DNA of 64,000 nucleotides from a virus, in IMG/VR virus record IMGVR_UViG_3300012944_000001, positions 1 to 64,000 of that record; one strand, 5' to 3'. Both the position numbers and the translations under genes were made by a program. Below are positions 1 through 10,406 of the stretch, one piece after another (the first letter of the stretch is position 1; every line of letters begins with the position of its first letter). The notes beneath the pieces were generated by a model. The model made no database searches and was not told the DNA's origin. It worked only from the letters and a program-made list of their open reading frames with translations.

Positions 1-1
1 G

Positions 2-388
2 CAGAAGAAGGCTCAGCAAGAGCAGTTGAAGAAGGAATTGGAGCCCTATCTTCTGGCGGCAGAGACTAACGCTAGAGGTTCCCATGTGCTAGCGTTTGAT
101 ACTCCGCTGGAAGTCAATGGACAACGTTACGCCAGCTTGCAGAAGATGCGTAAGGAGAGTAAGGTTCTCAACGAAGACCGAGTCTACGACTGGTTGGCAA
201 CACGAGCACAAGATGATACTCTGACGAAGGCAGAAAGAGATCTACTCAGCAGCATATTCGTAGAGGTAGAGCAGATAGATCAATCAGCTCTATGGGAGGT
301 GTTCGTACAGGATCTCATGTCACAAGAGGAACTTGACAGCCTGTTCGATACCACAGTAGTATGGGCGTTCTCACCAGTTAAAGAATAA
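2..388 (+). CDS. hypothetical phage protein (probably 5'-truncated by window edge)
   Basis: Frame of ORF 26..388 is open back to the window start. Confidence 0.6.
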   Translation, partial: QKKAQQEQLKKELEPYLLAAETNARGSHVLAFDTPLEVNGQRYASLQKMRKESKVLNEDRVYDWLATRAQDDTLTKAERDLLSSIFVEVEQIDQSALWEVFVQDLMSQEELDSLFDTTVVWAFSPVKE

Positions 389-406
389 CAATCCAGGAGG
401 CAGTAA

Positions 407-682
407 ATGCAGCTCAACAAGACTCTTGCAGGTATGGTAGTTGGAGTTGTTATCGCGGGTTCCGCGTTGACGGCTTGTACTTCTCAGCCCACTGAGTATG
501 ATCGTGTCTATGACACGCGTACCCACACGTATGTTGTGGTTACCCACACCTACTACGTGCAGCACAAGAGTTATTACAGTGGTCCGACTGTTAAGGTTTC
601 TTCTCCGAAGTCCACTAAGACTTCTTCTACTAAGAAGAAGCTGGTCTGTAAGATTGTGAAGAAGCACAAGAGTTGCCGCTAA
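407..682 (+). CDS. putative lipoprotein
   Basis: AGGAGG RBS; hydrophobic signal peptide ending in lipobox LTA-C; basic C-terminus. Confidence 0.7.
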   Translation: MQLNKTLAGMVVGVVIAGSALTACTSQPTEYDRVYDTRTHTYVVVTHTYYVQHKSYYSGPTVKVSSPKSTKTSSTKKKLVCKIVKKHKSCR

Positions 683-740
683 TATTCTTCTATTATTCTC
701 AGGTGACTGAGAGTAGTAGTGGACTATTAAAGGAGAAGCA

Positions 741-926
741 TTGAAGTATGAATTAAGTAAACTCAAACAACGATGGTTAACGCGTTTTGTTTGGCACTTA
801 CCACGTTCGTTAGTTTATTGGTGTGCCATACGAGTAATGTCTCATGCTACAACGGGAGAATATGATAATCAAATAGTTCCAGATCTTACTGCAATGGAAG
901 CACTCGAACGCTGGGAGAATAAGTGA
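741..926 (+). CDS. hypothetical protein
   Basis: AAGGAG RBS, TTG start, coupled to next ORF. Confidence 0.6.
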   Translation: MKYELSKLKQRWLTRFVWHLPRSLVYWCAIRVMSHATTGEYDNQIVPDLTAMEALERWENK

Positions 927-1213
927 TTACTCGTAAGTTCACCGTGGATGAATTGGAAGAGGAGTACGGACTTCCTTGGGAGGACAATCTTTCTTTTGAG
1001 CGTATAGATAAGCACCGTTGGTATACCGTCTGTGAAGTAGTATTTCGGGCTGACGATGGTTTCTATTACTCAGTTGACTATCTGGAACCCAACACTGAAA
1101 TGCAAGAGGGTCAGGATCGTTGGAATGCAGAATACAGTACAAATCTGGTAACAGCTACTAAGGTAGTAAAGAAGTCTATTGTTGTAGACAGTTGGGTAAC
1201 TGCTGACGCATAG
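923..1213 (+). CDS. hypothetical protein
   Basis: Overlapping stop/start in operon. Confidence 0.7.
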   Translation: MITRKFTVDELEEEYGLPWEDNLSFERIDKHRWYTVCEVVFRADDGFYYSVDYLEPNTEMQEGQDRWNAEYSTNLVTATKVVKKSIVVDSWVTADA

Positions 1214-1225
1214 GAAAGGCACTTA

Positions 1226-1435
1226 ATGAATTTCAGTACACTTGCTACTTTGGACACCGATGATATAGCTCGTAGACTTGCTCAGCACCTTGATCCAGAT
1301 GAATTGATAGATTTTATCGCGGCTATTGATGATCATATGTCTGACTGGGAATTTACTGAGAAGATTTATGAATGGGCTTTGGCCGAACACGAAACCTTTG
1401 TTGGTGAAGTCCAAGAATATGATCGTAAGTTCTGA
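1226..1435 (+). CDS. hypothetical protein
   Basis: GGAAAGG RBS, acidic phage-type ORF. Confidence 0.7.
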   Translation: MNFSTLATLDTDDIARRLAQHLDPDELIDFIAAIDDHMSDWEFTEKIYEWALAEHETFVGEVQEYDRKF

Positions 1436-1444
1436 TGGATAGAG

Positions 1445-1846
1445 GTGAGATTAATTAATTCCTGGTACCACGCTGTTTCTGCTTCACACAAGTGGGGCGG
1501 AAAGCCTGAAGATTATCTTCCTATTGAAGAGTTTATCGATTCTTCCAAGAAGACCTTTGGTGACTTCCGGCATCGTGCTATGTATCATCACACACTAGGT
1601 GTATACCTGTGTGAGGATCTTTTTGGGAAGACTATTAAGATCAGTAAGAACACAAAGATTATTGATGTTCCTGTACGTCTTATCGCAGAGCGTCATATTG
1701 TAGAGGACTTGGGATTCCTTCCAAGTCCAGAGCATTATCTTAAGAATATTCCTTTTGATAGTGATGAGACTCGTTGGATGAGTGGAGCTATTCGTAAGGA
1801 AGTCGGTAATTTCAATCAAATCTTTAACAAGGAGAGCAATGTCTAA
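1445..1846 (+). CDS. DUF6915-like phage protein
   Basis: HAxS..kWGGkPEDY...DSSK...DfRHRA..HHT.G motif recalled for this family. Confidence 0.6.
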   Translation: MRLINSWYHAVSASHKWGGKPEDYLPIEEFIDSSKKTFGDFRHRAMYHHTLGVYLCEDLFGKTIKISKNTKIIDVPVRLIAERHIVEDLGFLPSPEHYLKNIPFDSDETRWMSGAIRKEVGNFNQIFNKESNV

Positions 1847-2315
1847 TAGTTCACAGTTCTTGGGTATGAAGGTAGAAGGTAGTTACGGCGGTTGGACCCG
1901 CGCTATCCAGAAGCCTATTGAAGATCTTTATCCTTATTTCAAGCTGGCTTTTGATAAGGGTGTAACCGCAGTGATGTGGGAGCAGTATACTCCTGGCTTT
2001 AATGATGGTGAGCCTTGTGAGTTCTCTGTTATGGAAGCTAAGGTAACTTCCAACGCACTGGTCGCTGAGGCTTGGTTGGATGACGAGTCCCCAGATATGG
2101 AACTGGCTTATCCGGATGAAGACTTTTCCGATTATGATGAGTATCACTATGCGTCTTGGTCTGAGCATCCAGACGGGGTAGAAATTTCTAAGATTGAAAT
2201 GCCAGTAGATTCTGTTGCCTTTGAGGATGCTTTACGTGGAGTCTTTGGTAATGATACAAAGATTGTCGTTACTCCGGGACGTGTTGTTCAGTTCGAATAC
2301 GACTGTGGGTACTGA
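1839..2315 (+). CDS. hypothetical protein (WxQYTPxFNDGEPCEF motif)
   Basis: AAGGAG RBS before ATG 1839 (in frame with ORF 1782..2315). Confidence 0.7.
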   Translation: MSNSSQFLGMKVEGSYGGWTRAIQKPIEDLYPYFKLAFDKGVTAVMWEQYTPGFNDGEPCEFSVMEAKVTSNALVAEAWLDDESPDMELAYPDEDFSDYDEYHYASWSEHPDGVEISKIEMPVDSVAFEDALRGVFGNDTKIVVTPGRVVQFEYDCGY

Positions 2316-2506
2316 TGGAAAGAATGCGTATTGAACTAGATCTTCCTACCATGTATGTGGTGATGACTCCTGCCTTGCAGGAAGCATATGATAGGGCAGA
2401 GGAAGAGGATGATTGGCAGCCCCTAATTGATACGCTCTACGGTGACCTAGAAGATCATTTTATGAGCGAATTCACTATTGAAGATGTGGACATTGTAAAT
2501 TGGTGA
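2315..2506 (+). CDS. hypothetical protein
   Basis: TGATG coupling. Confidence 0.6.
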   Translation: MERMRIELDLPTMYVVMTPALQEAYDRAEEEDDWQPLIDTLYGDLEDHFMSEFTIEDVDIVNW

Positions 2507-2946
2507 CAACTTGGCATGAACAGATGGCAAAGGTCTTTCCTGGATCAACAACGCCTCTTATACACCAAGAGATTCGTGTAGCCCAAGAAAAGGCCATTGA
2601 GGACTGGGATGCCAAGCCTAATATCTTTCGCATGAATGGAAAGGATGTAGAATTCTTTTCTATAGGTCAGTTGGGAAAGGCTCTGGGAAACCGGAGCTCC
2701 AACACCTTGCGTGCGTGGGAGAGAGAAGGTATTATCGGCAAGTCCCCTTATGTCAAGCCTTCTGCCACACCGAATGGTCGCCGTAGGATGTACACACGTG
2801 CCATGGTGGAGGGGTTAGTAATCATAGCCCGAGAAGAAGGCGTGTTGTGGCCAGATAAGGGCATTAGACTCTCCGATACCAAATTCTCAGTAAGAGCAAT
2901 AGCCTTATTCAAACAATTAATAAAGGAGCGCAATGGCAACACGTAA
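2500..2946 (+). CDS. MerR-like helix-turn-helix DNA-binding protein
   Basis: FSIGQLGKALG.RSSNTLRAWEREGII...RRMYT pattern. Confidence 0.75.
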   Translation: MVTTWHEQMAKVFPGSTTPLIHQEIRVAQEKAIEDWDAKPNIFRMNGKDVEFFSIGQLGKALGNRSSNTLRAWEREGIIGKSPYVKPSATPNGRRRMYTRAMVEGLVIIAREEGVLWPDKGIRLSDTKFSVRAIALFKQLIKERNGNT

Positions 2947-3256
2947 GGCTGTATCAGAGGAGACAAAGCCCGGACCGGTGCTCGCTGCGGCTGAGCCTGT
3001 GTCAGTCACCTCTGTTACACTGTTGGATGACAGTCTGGAGATTACCTACTCTCGTAGTTGGGAACTGGCTGTAGTACAGTACGAGAAGGAGGCTTTGTTC
3101 ACCAGTTTCAAGGTTAGAGTTCCTGTAGATAGTGATCTGACTGCGGTGGGTGAGAAGTGCTCTGATATGATGAACGAAATCCAGGAAGCTGATCTGGGTT
3201 GGGCTCGTTCCATGACGAATAACAATGGTTCTCTTATTACTCGTATCATTAAGTAA
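2933..3256 (+). CDS. hypothetical protein
   Basis: AAGGAG RBS; operonic. Confidence 0.7.
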   Translation: MATRKAVSEETKPGPVLAAAEPVSVTSVTLLDDSLEITYSRSWELAVVQYEKEALFTSFKVRVPVDSDLTAVGEKCSDMMNEIQEADLGWARSMTNNNGSLITRIIK

Positions 3257-3306
3257 TTGTAAATAGTTGATAGCGCCTATAGCGCAACTAACAAAGGAAA
3301 ATATTT

Positions 3307-4050
3307 ATGGCTAGGATTTCTCGTACACGTGTCGCTGATGCTGACACTTATGGCACGGATATGCCCCAGGATGTTGAGCGTGAAGTATATGCTAACGGTG
3401 TACCAGATCATGACGAAGATGATGTTCCGCGTCGTCGTCCCGCTAGTACTTCTCGTCCCGCAGTAAGTACGGGCTGGGGTGCGCCTAAGCAGGAGCAGCG
3501 TGAGCGTGTTCAGGCACCTTATCTTAAGCTAAAGGACAACGGTAAGCGTATTGTCAAGCTTCTTACTGAGGCTCCTTCCCTTCGTTATTTCGAGCACTAC
3601 GTAAACTCTTCCGGCAAGCGTTATATTTGTCCTGGACGAGATGAGTGTGCTCTGTGTCAGGAAGGACACAAGGCAGGCTATCGTTTTATGTTCAACGTAG
3701 TGGACATGGAGGATCCTTCTGAGGTAGCTACTTGGACATTCGGTAATGAGGTGTCTCAGCAGCTACAGTCATTTGCTGAAGATGAAATTACTTCTCCCCT
3801 TAACCGAGAGAATCTTTATTTTCAGGTCTATCACATTAAGGTAGACGGCCGTAAGGCTCCTGGTACTAAGGTGCTTCCCCTTAAGGCGCGAGATCTTCAA
3901 CTAGATTATAGTGTTGAGCCTCTTAATGGAGATGAAATTGCCGCTCTGTCTGACGAACTATATGCAGATGAGATCTTGTTTATCTGGGGAGCTCGTAAGA
4001 TTGAGGAAGCTGCTGCGGATCTGACACCTAATGATCTGCCTAAGAAGTAA
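3307..4050 (+). CDS. single-stranded DNA-binding protein (T4 gp32-like)
   Basis: H-x9-C-x5-CxxC Zn motif in an OB-fold-like core, next to the DNA polymerase. Confidence 0.65.
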   Translation: MARISRTRVADADTYGTDMPQDVEREVYANGVPDHDEDDVPRRRPASTSRPAVSTGWGAPKQEQRERVQAPYLKLKDNGKRIVKLLTEAPSLRYFEHYVNSSGKRYICPGRDECALCQEGHKAGYRFMFNVVDMEDPSEVATWTFGNEVSQQLQSFAEDEITSPLNRENLYFQVYHIKVDGRKAPGTKVLPLKARDLQLDYSVEPLNGDEIAALSDELYADEILFIWGARKIEEAAADLTPNDLPKK

Positions 4051-4070
4051 CACTGCGTAACTAGACAAAC

Positions 4071-4109
4071 TACAGCCCCTGATGATATCTTGTCGTCAGG
4101 GGCTGTTTT
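4071..4109 (+). terminator. intrinsic terminator-like hairpin
   Basis: ACAGCCCCTGATGA...TCGTCAGGGGCTGT then TTT. Confidence 0.65.
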
Positions 4110-4132
4110 ATTGGACAAAGAAAGGAGTATTG

Positions 4133-6145
4133 ATGGATGGAGTTATTTTTACCGAAGAACAACTTAAGGAAGAAGTAGATTACTTTCTTAAGCAAGATGC
4201 TTTTACTTTCGACATCGAGTCTATGGAAGGAGCATATCCAGGTACCCGAGGAGTTCCCGCACACAATAGGGTAGTGTGGATTTCCTTGGCCACATATGGT
4301 CGGACTATTATCGTACCCATGGGGCATCCTAATGGGGATGTTTTGCTACAGCGTGCACATAAGAAGAAGAACAAAGAGACTGGGAAGTTTGAGGACTTTC
4401 CTGCTATTTACAATGAACCGCCCAAGCAATTGATGCCTAGTGTTGCTTTTGCAATTCTTCGTCCGCTTTTCTTCTCTCCCCTTGTTAAGATTGCACATAA
4501 CTCACCCACCGACTTCGTATCTGTGGCTAAATACTTTGGGGAAATTCCTCCAGGTCCAGTAGAAGATACTATTGTGGATCAATGGTTGCTTGATGAGAAT
4601 ATCGGACAGCCTGTCGGTGGACCGAAGCGACCTATGGATAAGAAGTTGAAGACTCTTATCAAGTGGTACTTTGGCGTGGACTATGATAAAGAGGGGGTGG
4701 GAAAGTGTATTGAAGCGCACCCCTTTTCCCGGGTGGCTCGTTATGGTCTCCTGGACGCTCGGTATACGTGGATGCTACGTCTCCTTCTCCGCAGAAAGCT
4801 AGCTGTAGCGGACCTGGAGGCCCATAGGAGCCTTGAGCGAGAGCTGTCTGAGGTTCTGTTCGCTATGAACCTGGAAGGCGCTCCTGTGGACGTACAGGCG
4901 ATTCAGGAACTAGAGATTCTTCTTACAAATAAACTTGCTGAAATTGAAGGAAGAGTATATAAGGCTGCGGGTAAGCGATTCAATATCAATTCTCCTATGC
5001 AAAAGCAGGACATCCTCTATGGCTATAAGAAGGATGGCGGCCAAGGACTAAAGCCTTGGAAACTGACTGATAGTGGTAAGAAGAAAAGAAATAATAGAGA
5101 ATCACTTGATATTCGTTGTTATTCCACAGATAAAGAAACGTTGGACAGTTATCCAGGAAACAAACTATGCCAAACCCTGTTGGAATATCAGGAAGTATCC
5201 AAGCTACTCAATACCTATGTGATTGGTTATCTGGGAGAGGAAGGTAACAAGGATAAGCCTTGCCGTATCTTTGATGGAAGAATTCACGCTGATCTTGTAC
5301 AGTACGGTACGGTTACTTCTCGTTTCTCTTGTCGGGAACCTAACCTACAGAATATTCCTCGCCCAGGTACTGAATTAGGTACTGCGGTTCGTGGTCTATT
5401 CCGTGCTCCTCAAGGATACAAGTTGGTAGTAGCGGACTATGCTCAGATCGAGTACCGTGTACTAGCCCACTATCTTGGCAAGGGAGTATTGTATGATGGA
5501 TTCCACGCAGGACTTGATGCTCACAAGGCCACTGCTTCTTCTATGTACAAGGTTCTTATTGAAGAAGTGACTAAGGAAATGCGTCAGGATTCCAAAGCAC
5601 TGGGATTCGGTGTTCTCTTTGGGGCTATGGCTGCGAAGATTGCGGCTACTATGGGTAAGTCTTTGGAATACGCACAAGAAAGAATTGAAGAATATGAAGC
5701 TACTCAGCCTGAAGTAAATGCCCTTAAGCGTGCTGTTTGGCGGGAAGCCCGTAAGCGTACAGTTCCACATCTTCGTACGATTACCGGATTTGAGCGCCGT
5801 GTATGGGATCTGTCCAGTGACGAGAAGTGGAAGCGGCTACGTGCTGAGAGGCAACTATTCAACTCTCTCATCCAGGGTGGTGCAGCAGGACTTATCAAGA
5901 TGGCTATGGTACGTTTGCATAAAGCATTGAAGGAAGATTACAGCAAGCATAATAATCCGGCGGAGAAGATTTCTCTAGTTCTTTCTGTACATGATGAGTT
6001 GGTGCTTCTTTCACCAGAACACAGAGTAGAAGAGGCTAGGATTATGTTGGAAAATGCTATGGTAGGTGACGAGATGCAAACTATTCTCAAGGTGCCTCTT
6101 GAAGCAGATGCAAAGATCGTTTCGCGTTGGTCAGAAGCAAAGTGA
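4133..6145 (+). CDS. polA: DNA polymerase, family A, with 3'-5' exonuclease domain
   Basis: ExoI FDIES; PNLQNIP; motif A ADYAQIEYR; motif B RQDSKALGFGVLFG; motif C VHDEL; AAGGAG RBS before ATG 4133. Confidence 0.95.
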   Translation: MDGVIFTEEQLKEEVDYFLKQDAFTFDIESMEGAYPGTRGVPAHNRVVWISLATYGRTIIVPMGHPNGDVLLQRAHKKKNKETGKFEDFPAIYNEPPKQLMPSVAFAILRPLFFSPLVKIAHNSPTDFVSVAKYFGEIPPGPVEDTIVDQWLLDENIGQPVGGPKRPMDKKLKTLIKWYFGVDYDKEGVGKCIEAHPFSRVARYGLLDARYTWMLRLLLRRKLAVADLEAHRSLERELSEVLFAMNLEGAPVDVQAIQELEILLTNKLAEIEGRVYKAAGKRFNINSPMQKQDILYGYKKDGGQGLKPWKLTDSGKKKRNNRESLDIRCYSTDKETLDSYPGNKLCQTLLEYQEVSKLLNTYVIGYLGEEGNKDKPCRIFDGRIHADLVQYGTVTSRFSCREPNLQNIPRPGTELGTAVRGLFRAPQGYKLVVADYAQIEYRVLAHYLGKGVLYDGFHAGLDAHKATASSMYKVLIEEVTKEMRQDSKALGFGVLFGAMAAKIAATMGKSLEYAQERIEEYEATQPEVNALKRAVWREARKRTVPHLRTITGFERRVWDLSSDEKWKRLRAERQLFNSLIQGGAAGLIKMAMVRLHKALKEDYSKHNNPAEKISLVLSVHDELVLLSPEHRVEEARIMLENAMVGDEMQTILKVPLEADAKIVSRWSEAK

Positions 6146-6246
6146 GGTATTGGTATGAACACTGATAAACAATGGCATGATTTTCATCACAAGAAGAATC
6201 AATATCCTGGTTCTTGTATCTGGTGTAAAGCAGCAAAGGGGAATAA

Positions 6247-6681
6247 ATGATTAATCCTTTTGAAGAAGTAGAACCTGTGCCTCCTATCGATCCCTTCCAA
6301 GTACTTACCGCACAGTTATCCCGTGCCATGCTATGGGATATGGTGGGTCCTAAAGCAATTCAGGAAGATTTTGCATTATTTGGGCAACAACCTGCCAGTG
6401 AAGACGTACTAGAGGCAGAAGCAAGAGAGATGTGGGCTCGTAAGAACTCTCTTGCACATTTTGGTATGGATTTTCCTTTATTGTGTTGGGTGGCAGCAGA
6501 ATCAGCTTCTAAGGCGTTACTAGGAGCGGATGCTAATCTTAAAAATCTGTCTGATGTGGATAAAGCTAATTTCAGAACTAGTAATATTAAACTTGGCACA
6601 GCTATTGCCGAGTCAGTAGTTTCCCATATGTTAGAAAAAGGTTTGATTAAATACGGAGATAGTAATGAGTTTTTGGGCTGA
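6247..6681 (+). CDS. hypothetical protein
   Basis: ORF with RBS in operon. Confidence 0.65.
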   Translation: MINPFEEVEPVPPIDPFQVLTAQLSRAMLWDMVGPKAIQEDFALFGQQPASEDVLEAEAREMWARKNSLAHFGMDFPLLCWVAAESASKALLGADANLKNLSDVDKANFRTSNIKLGTAIAESVVSHMLEKGLIKYGDSNEFLG

Positions 6682-7069
6682 TAAATTAAATGGAACAAAT
6701 TCTGTACCCACAGCTATTCCTTCTAGAGAATTATTTGGTTTACACCAACCGGTATATACCCCACAAGCAAATTCGCCACAACAAAGTATCCCAAACCCAC
6801 AGGACTACCAACCTAATGTGCGGTTGAAGCAAGGCGGTAGATGCCCTGATTGTGGTAGTGATAAATACATGACACATGGCAGTTATGCCATAGCTTGTGG
6901 AGAATGCGGATATCACCCTCGTTTTGAACAATCAGGACATGGAGAAAGAAGTCTTAAGACACAGCCAGGAGAAGCTACACCAGCAAGACAGTCAGCAGAT
7001 TCACAGACCATGGCCTCATCCATTGTTACATTGAACGCTGGTGGTGGAGATCACATTGGCAGCGCATAA
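6665..7069 (+). CDS. zinc-ribbon protein
   Basis: CPDC...CGECG. Confidence 0.65.
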   Translation: MSFWADKLNGTNSVPTAIPSRELFGLHQPVYTPQANSPQQSIPNPQDYQPNVRLKQGGRCPDCGSDKYMTHGSYAIACGECGYHPRFEQSGHGERSLKTQPGEATPARQSADSQTMASSIVTLNAGGGDHIGSA

Positions 7070-7114
7070 TTTAATAGTTTAGATACCGACCACTACCCCT
7101 AACGGAGATACATT

Positions 7115-8725
7115 TTGAGCACAACTATGTCTTCTTTCGCAGAGACTATTTACCGTAATAAATATGCACACATCGGGGAAGAGTGGGAGGACACTGCGAG
7201 ACGCGTAGTCAGTACTGTAATGTCTCCATATTTTCCGGAAGATGTAGACACCCTGACGCAGGCTGTCATAGATCGTAAGTTCCTTCCTGGTGGTCGGTAT
7301 CTTTATGCCACAGGAAAGCCATTTCATCAGACTCAGAATTGTCTTCTTCTTACTGTTGAGGATTCAAGAGAATCTATCGCTGATCTTATGCAACGAGTAG
7401 CGTCCGGTTTGATGACCGGCGCTGGCATAGGTATTGTGTGGTCTAAGCTTCGTCCTGATGGCGCGGCCGTAAAGGGAATGGGCGGTACTTCTACCGGACC
7501 TGTTGCTTTTATGAAGGCCATCAATGAAATTGGCAGAAACATTATGCAAGGTGGTTCCAGACGTTCAGCCATTTGGGCTGGGCTACACTGGAATCATCCT
7601 GATGTATTCTCATTTATCAATGCTAAGAATTGGGATGAAGATTTAGTAGCAATGAAAGAGAAGGATTTCAATGCTGCTGCTCCTCTTGACATGACTAATA
7701 TTTCTGTAATTCTAGATGATGCTTTCTTTGTCGCATTTAATAATGAAAATAATGAAATGTATTCGTGGGCACAAAAGATTTACTGGACTACCATTGAGCA
7801 AATGCTTAAGACTGGCGAACCAGGATTTTCTGTAGATATTGAAGAGAATGAGGGAGAGAATCTTAGAAATGCCTGTACTGAGGTAACATCCAGAGATGAT
7901 GACGACATCTGTAATCTGGGCTCTCTTAATATGGCGCGTATTGAGTCTGTGGAAGAGATGGGGGAATTAACCCATCTGGCTACTCGTTTCCTTCTGTGCG
8001 GCACTCTTTATTCAAAGGTTCCTTATCAAGGAGTAGCTGACACGCGTGATAAGAATCGTCGTCTTGGTCTTGGTTTAATGGGAATCTACGAATGGCTGGT
8101 GACTAGAGGAAAGCCCTACGCGCCTGATACAGAGCTTGGGGAGTGGTTGGCACAGTATTCCCTCAGCGGAGTGTACGCAGCTTCCGCAGCAGACCATCTA
8201 GGCGTTTCTAGACCTATCAAGACACGTGCCATAGCTCCTACTGGTACGATCGGCATCATCGCAGAGACAACCACAGGCATTGAGCCTTTATTTGCGACTG
8301 CGTATAAGCGACGTTATCTTAAGGGAACAACGTGGCATTTCCAATATGTTGTAGAGCCTATGGCAAAGAGATTGGCCGACCAAGGTATTGATCCTGATAC
8401 TTTAGAAACTGCTTACACTCTGTCACTAGATCCAGGACGCAGACTTGCCTTCCAGGCATGGGTACAGATTTATGTAGATCATGGAATCAGTAGTACACTG
8501 AACCTCCCTGCTTGGGACAGTCAGATGTTTACAGCAGAAGATTTTGGTGGTATCCTCCTGGAACACCTGAAGGACATACGTGGAGTCACTGTGTATCCTG
8601 ATGGGGCCAGAGGCGGTCAGCCGCTAACTGTGGTACCGTACGCTGAAGCAGTCGCTTCTGAGGGAATCGAATATGAAGAACTTGGAAACGGTATGGCTTG
8701 TGTTTCGGGGGTTTGCGGAGTATAA
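7115..8725 (+). CDS. nrdJ: ribonucleotide reductase class II (adenosylcobalamin-dependent)
   Basis: FLPGGR, NC, finger loop NACTE, CNLGSLN, RRLGLG, APTGT, C-terminal CxxGxC; no beta subunit nearby. Confidence 0.88.
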   Translation: MSTTMSSFAETIYRNKYAHIGEEWEDTARRVVSTVMSPYFPEDVDTLTQAVIDRKFLPGGRYLYATGKPFHQTQNCLLLTVEDSRESIADLMQRVASGLMTGAGIGIVWSKLRPDGAAVKGMGGTSTGPVAFMKAINEIGRNIMQGGSRRSAIWAGLHWNHPDVFSFINAKNWDEDLVAMKEKDFNAAAPLDMTNISVILDDAFFVAFNNENNEMYSWAQKIYWTTIEQMLKTGEPGFSVDIEENEGENLRNACTEVTSRDDDDICNLGSLNMARIESVEEMGELTHLATRFLLCGTLYSKVPYQGVADTRDKNRRLGLGLMGIYEWLVTRGKPYAPDTELGEWLAQYSLSGVYAASAADHLGVSRPIKTRAIAPTGTIGIIAETTTGIEPLFATAYKRRYLKGTTWHFQYVVEPMAKRLADQGIDPDTLETAYTLSLDPGRRLAFQAWVQIYVDHGISSTLNLPAWDSQMFTAEDFGGILLEHLKDIRGVTVYPDGARGGQPLTVVPYAEAVASEGIEYEELGNGMACVSGVCGV

Positions 8726-8742
8726 ATAATTAGGAGGAATAT

Positions 8743-8934
8743 ATGATCTTTGATAAGGTAGATCTCGGTATTCGCATCGTATTTATTGTTTTTTGGTTGA
8801 TGATGTTGGCTCTTGCTATAGTACAGACAGGTATTATTACCGGTATTGTTTCTATTTTTTGGCTTGTTCAGGGTTGTTTTGAATCAGCTAAACTTGTTCG
8901 TAAGATTCAGGACCATGTTACTGAGGGGGAATAA
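8743..8934 (+). CDS. small membrane protein
   Basis: AGGAGG RBS; two hydrophobic segments. Confidence 0.65.
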   Translation: MIFDKVDLGIRIVFIVFWLMMLALAIVQTGIITGIVSIFWLVQGCFESAKLVRKIQDHVTEGE

Positions 8935-9134
8935 TGTCAAAGCAAATAAGAGTAGCTGCACGAGATCTTATCATTACTGGGAGTTTTGGTAGACAGACGC
9001 GTCTACGACTTTTGGATAGTAATGCTCTTTTAAGTTCTCTAATGGTTATCAAATCCTGTGCTAAGGAAGAAACTACTCAGAAAAATCTAGATAATTTGAT
9101 TGCTATGATCCTTGAAGCAGAGTTGGATCATTGA
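8934..9134 (+). CDS. hypothetical protein
   Basis: TAATG coupling. Confidence 0.55.
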   Translation: MSKQIRVAARDLIITGSFGRQTRLRLLDSNALLSSLMVIKSCAKEETTQKNLDNLIAMILEAELDH

Positions 9135-9311
9135 TGATAGTTCTTGATACTGCTCTATTTCTTTGGGCAGGGCTTTTGTGGTTTGGTGGAGTACCTATAT
9201 GGATTCCTATAGTTTTGTTTCTTCTAGCACTACTATTGCTATTCGTGATAGTAGATGGTATAGAAGGTATCGCTGAATTTTTCAGTGACTTTTTTGACAA
9301 CTTACTTTAGT

Positions 9312-9340
9312 TGACGATGACAGTATGGCCTGGTAGACTC
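9312..9340 (+). promoter_or_regulatory. sigma70/HrdB-type promoter upstream of recA
   Basis: TTGACG-N17-TAGACT. Confidence 0.55.
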
Positions 9341-9374
9341 TAGTCTCCAGGCCATACGCTATTTAGGAGAGATA

Positions 9375-10403
9375 TTGCAAGACTCAGTAAGTGTGTTCAT
9401 GGCACAGATGAATAAGCAACTGGCAAAAGACGGTAAGCCCCTTCTTATTTCCGCCTCAGATATGGTTGTGGCTAAGAAGTTTACATCAGGACTTCTGTCC
9501 TTAGACGTGGCTCTTGGGGGAGGCTGGCCAGGTAATCAATGGGTAGAGGTATATGGTAAAGAAAGCAATGGAAAGACATCCATCGTTCTCCATACTATTG
9601 CCACTAATCAAGCATTAGATCCCAACTTTACTACCTTTTGGGTTGCTTCTGAACATTATGATATGGAATGGGCAGAGAAGAATGGTATTGATAACTCCAG
9701 AGTTATAGTTCTTTCTACCAGTAATATGGAATTGGCCTATCAGGCAATTCTGGATGCCGCAAATTCTCATGAATTCGATTGCATTGTATTAGATAGTTAT
9801 CCTGCTCTTGCTGCCTCTGAAGAAGAGGACAAGACTATGGATCAAAATACTATGACACTGGGAGCCCGACGTACTGGACAATTCTTCCGTAAAGTAGGAG
9901 GATCATTCGACAAGGAGAGACCTTATATTGGCTTCTTTATCAATCAGTTACGTGATGCGGTGGGTTCGTTCTCACCATATGGAACACCGACTACAACTCC
10001 CGGAGGAAAGGCAAAGAACTATGCCTTTTATCAGCGAATTCTTGTATCCAGAGATGACTGGATTGAAGAAAAAGTTGATGGTCTTGGAAAGGTAAAGGTC
10101 GGACAAACCAATAAATATTTGATGGAGAAGAACAAGGCGGCAGCACCAAAGGCTGTAGCTATGGGAGATTTCTACTTCCTGGATTCCATTAAAGGATTTC
10201 ATCCCGGGGAATTCGATATGGTAAGAGACATCATTACTATGGCGGTTCTTTTCAAGGTAGTAAAGCGTGGCGGTGCCTGGTACAACTACGAAGAATACAA
10301 ATGGCAGGGACGTGATGCCATGGAAGAAGAAATACGCAGTAATATGGAGCTACAAGAAGAGATCCGTATAAAGACTCTTGACATAGCTACCATAAAGGAC
10401 TAA
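9375..10403 (+). CDS. recA: RecA-like recombinase
   Basis: SLDVALGGG, Walker A GKESNGKT, Walker B IVLDS, FINQLR, TTPGGKA. Confidence 0.93.
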   Translation: MQDSVSVFMAQMNKQLAKDGKPLLISASDMVVAKKFTSGLLSLDVALGGGWPGNQWVEVYGKESNGKTSIVLHTIATNQALDPNFTTFWVASEHYDMEWAEKNGIDNSRVIVLSTSNMELAYQAILDAANSHEFDCIVLDSYPALAASEEEDKTMDQNTMTLGARRTGQFFRKVGGSFDKERPYIGFFINQLRDAVGSFSPYGTPTTTPGGKAKNYAFYQRILVSRDDWIEEKVDGLGKVKVGQTNKYLMEKNKAAAPKAVAMGDFYFLDSIKGFHPGEFDMVRDIITMAVLFKVVKRGGAWYNYEEYKWQGRDAMEEEIRSNMELQEEIRIKTLDIATIKD

Positions 10404-10406
10404 CGT

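Noticed and set aside
4082-4132. N-terminal extension of the DNA polymerase given in the ORF track
   Set aside because: It overlaps a terminator hairpin, and the RBS supports a start at 4130/4133
4133-10403. Inteins or group I introns in polA, nrdJ or recA
   Set aside because: The ORFs are continuous and of normal or compact length, with no splice motifs seen
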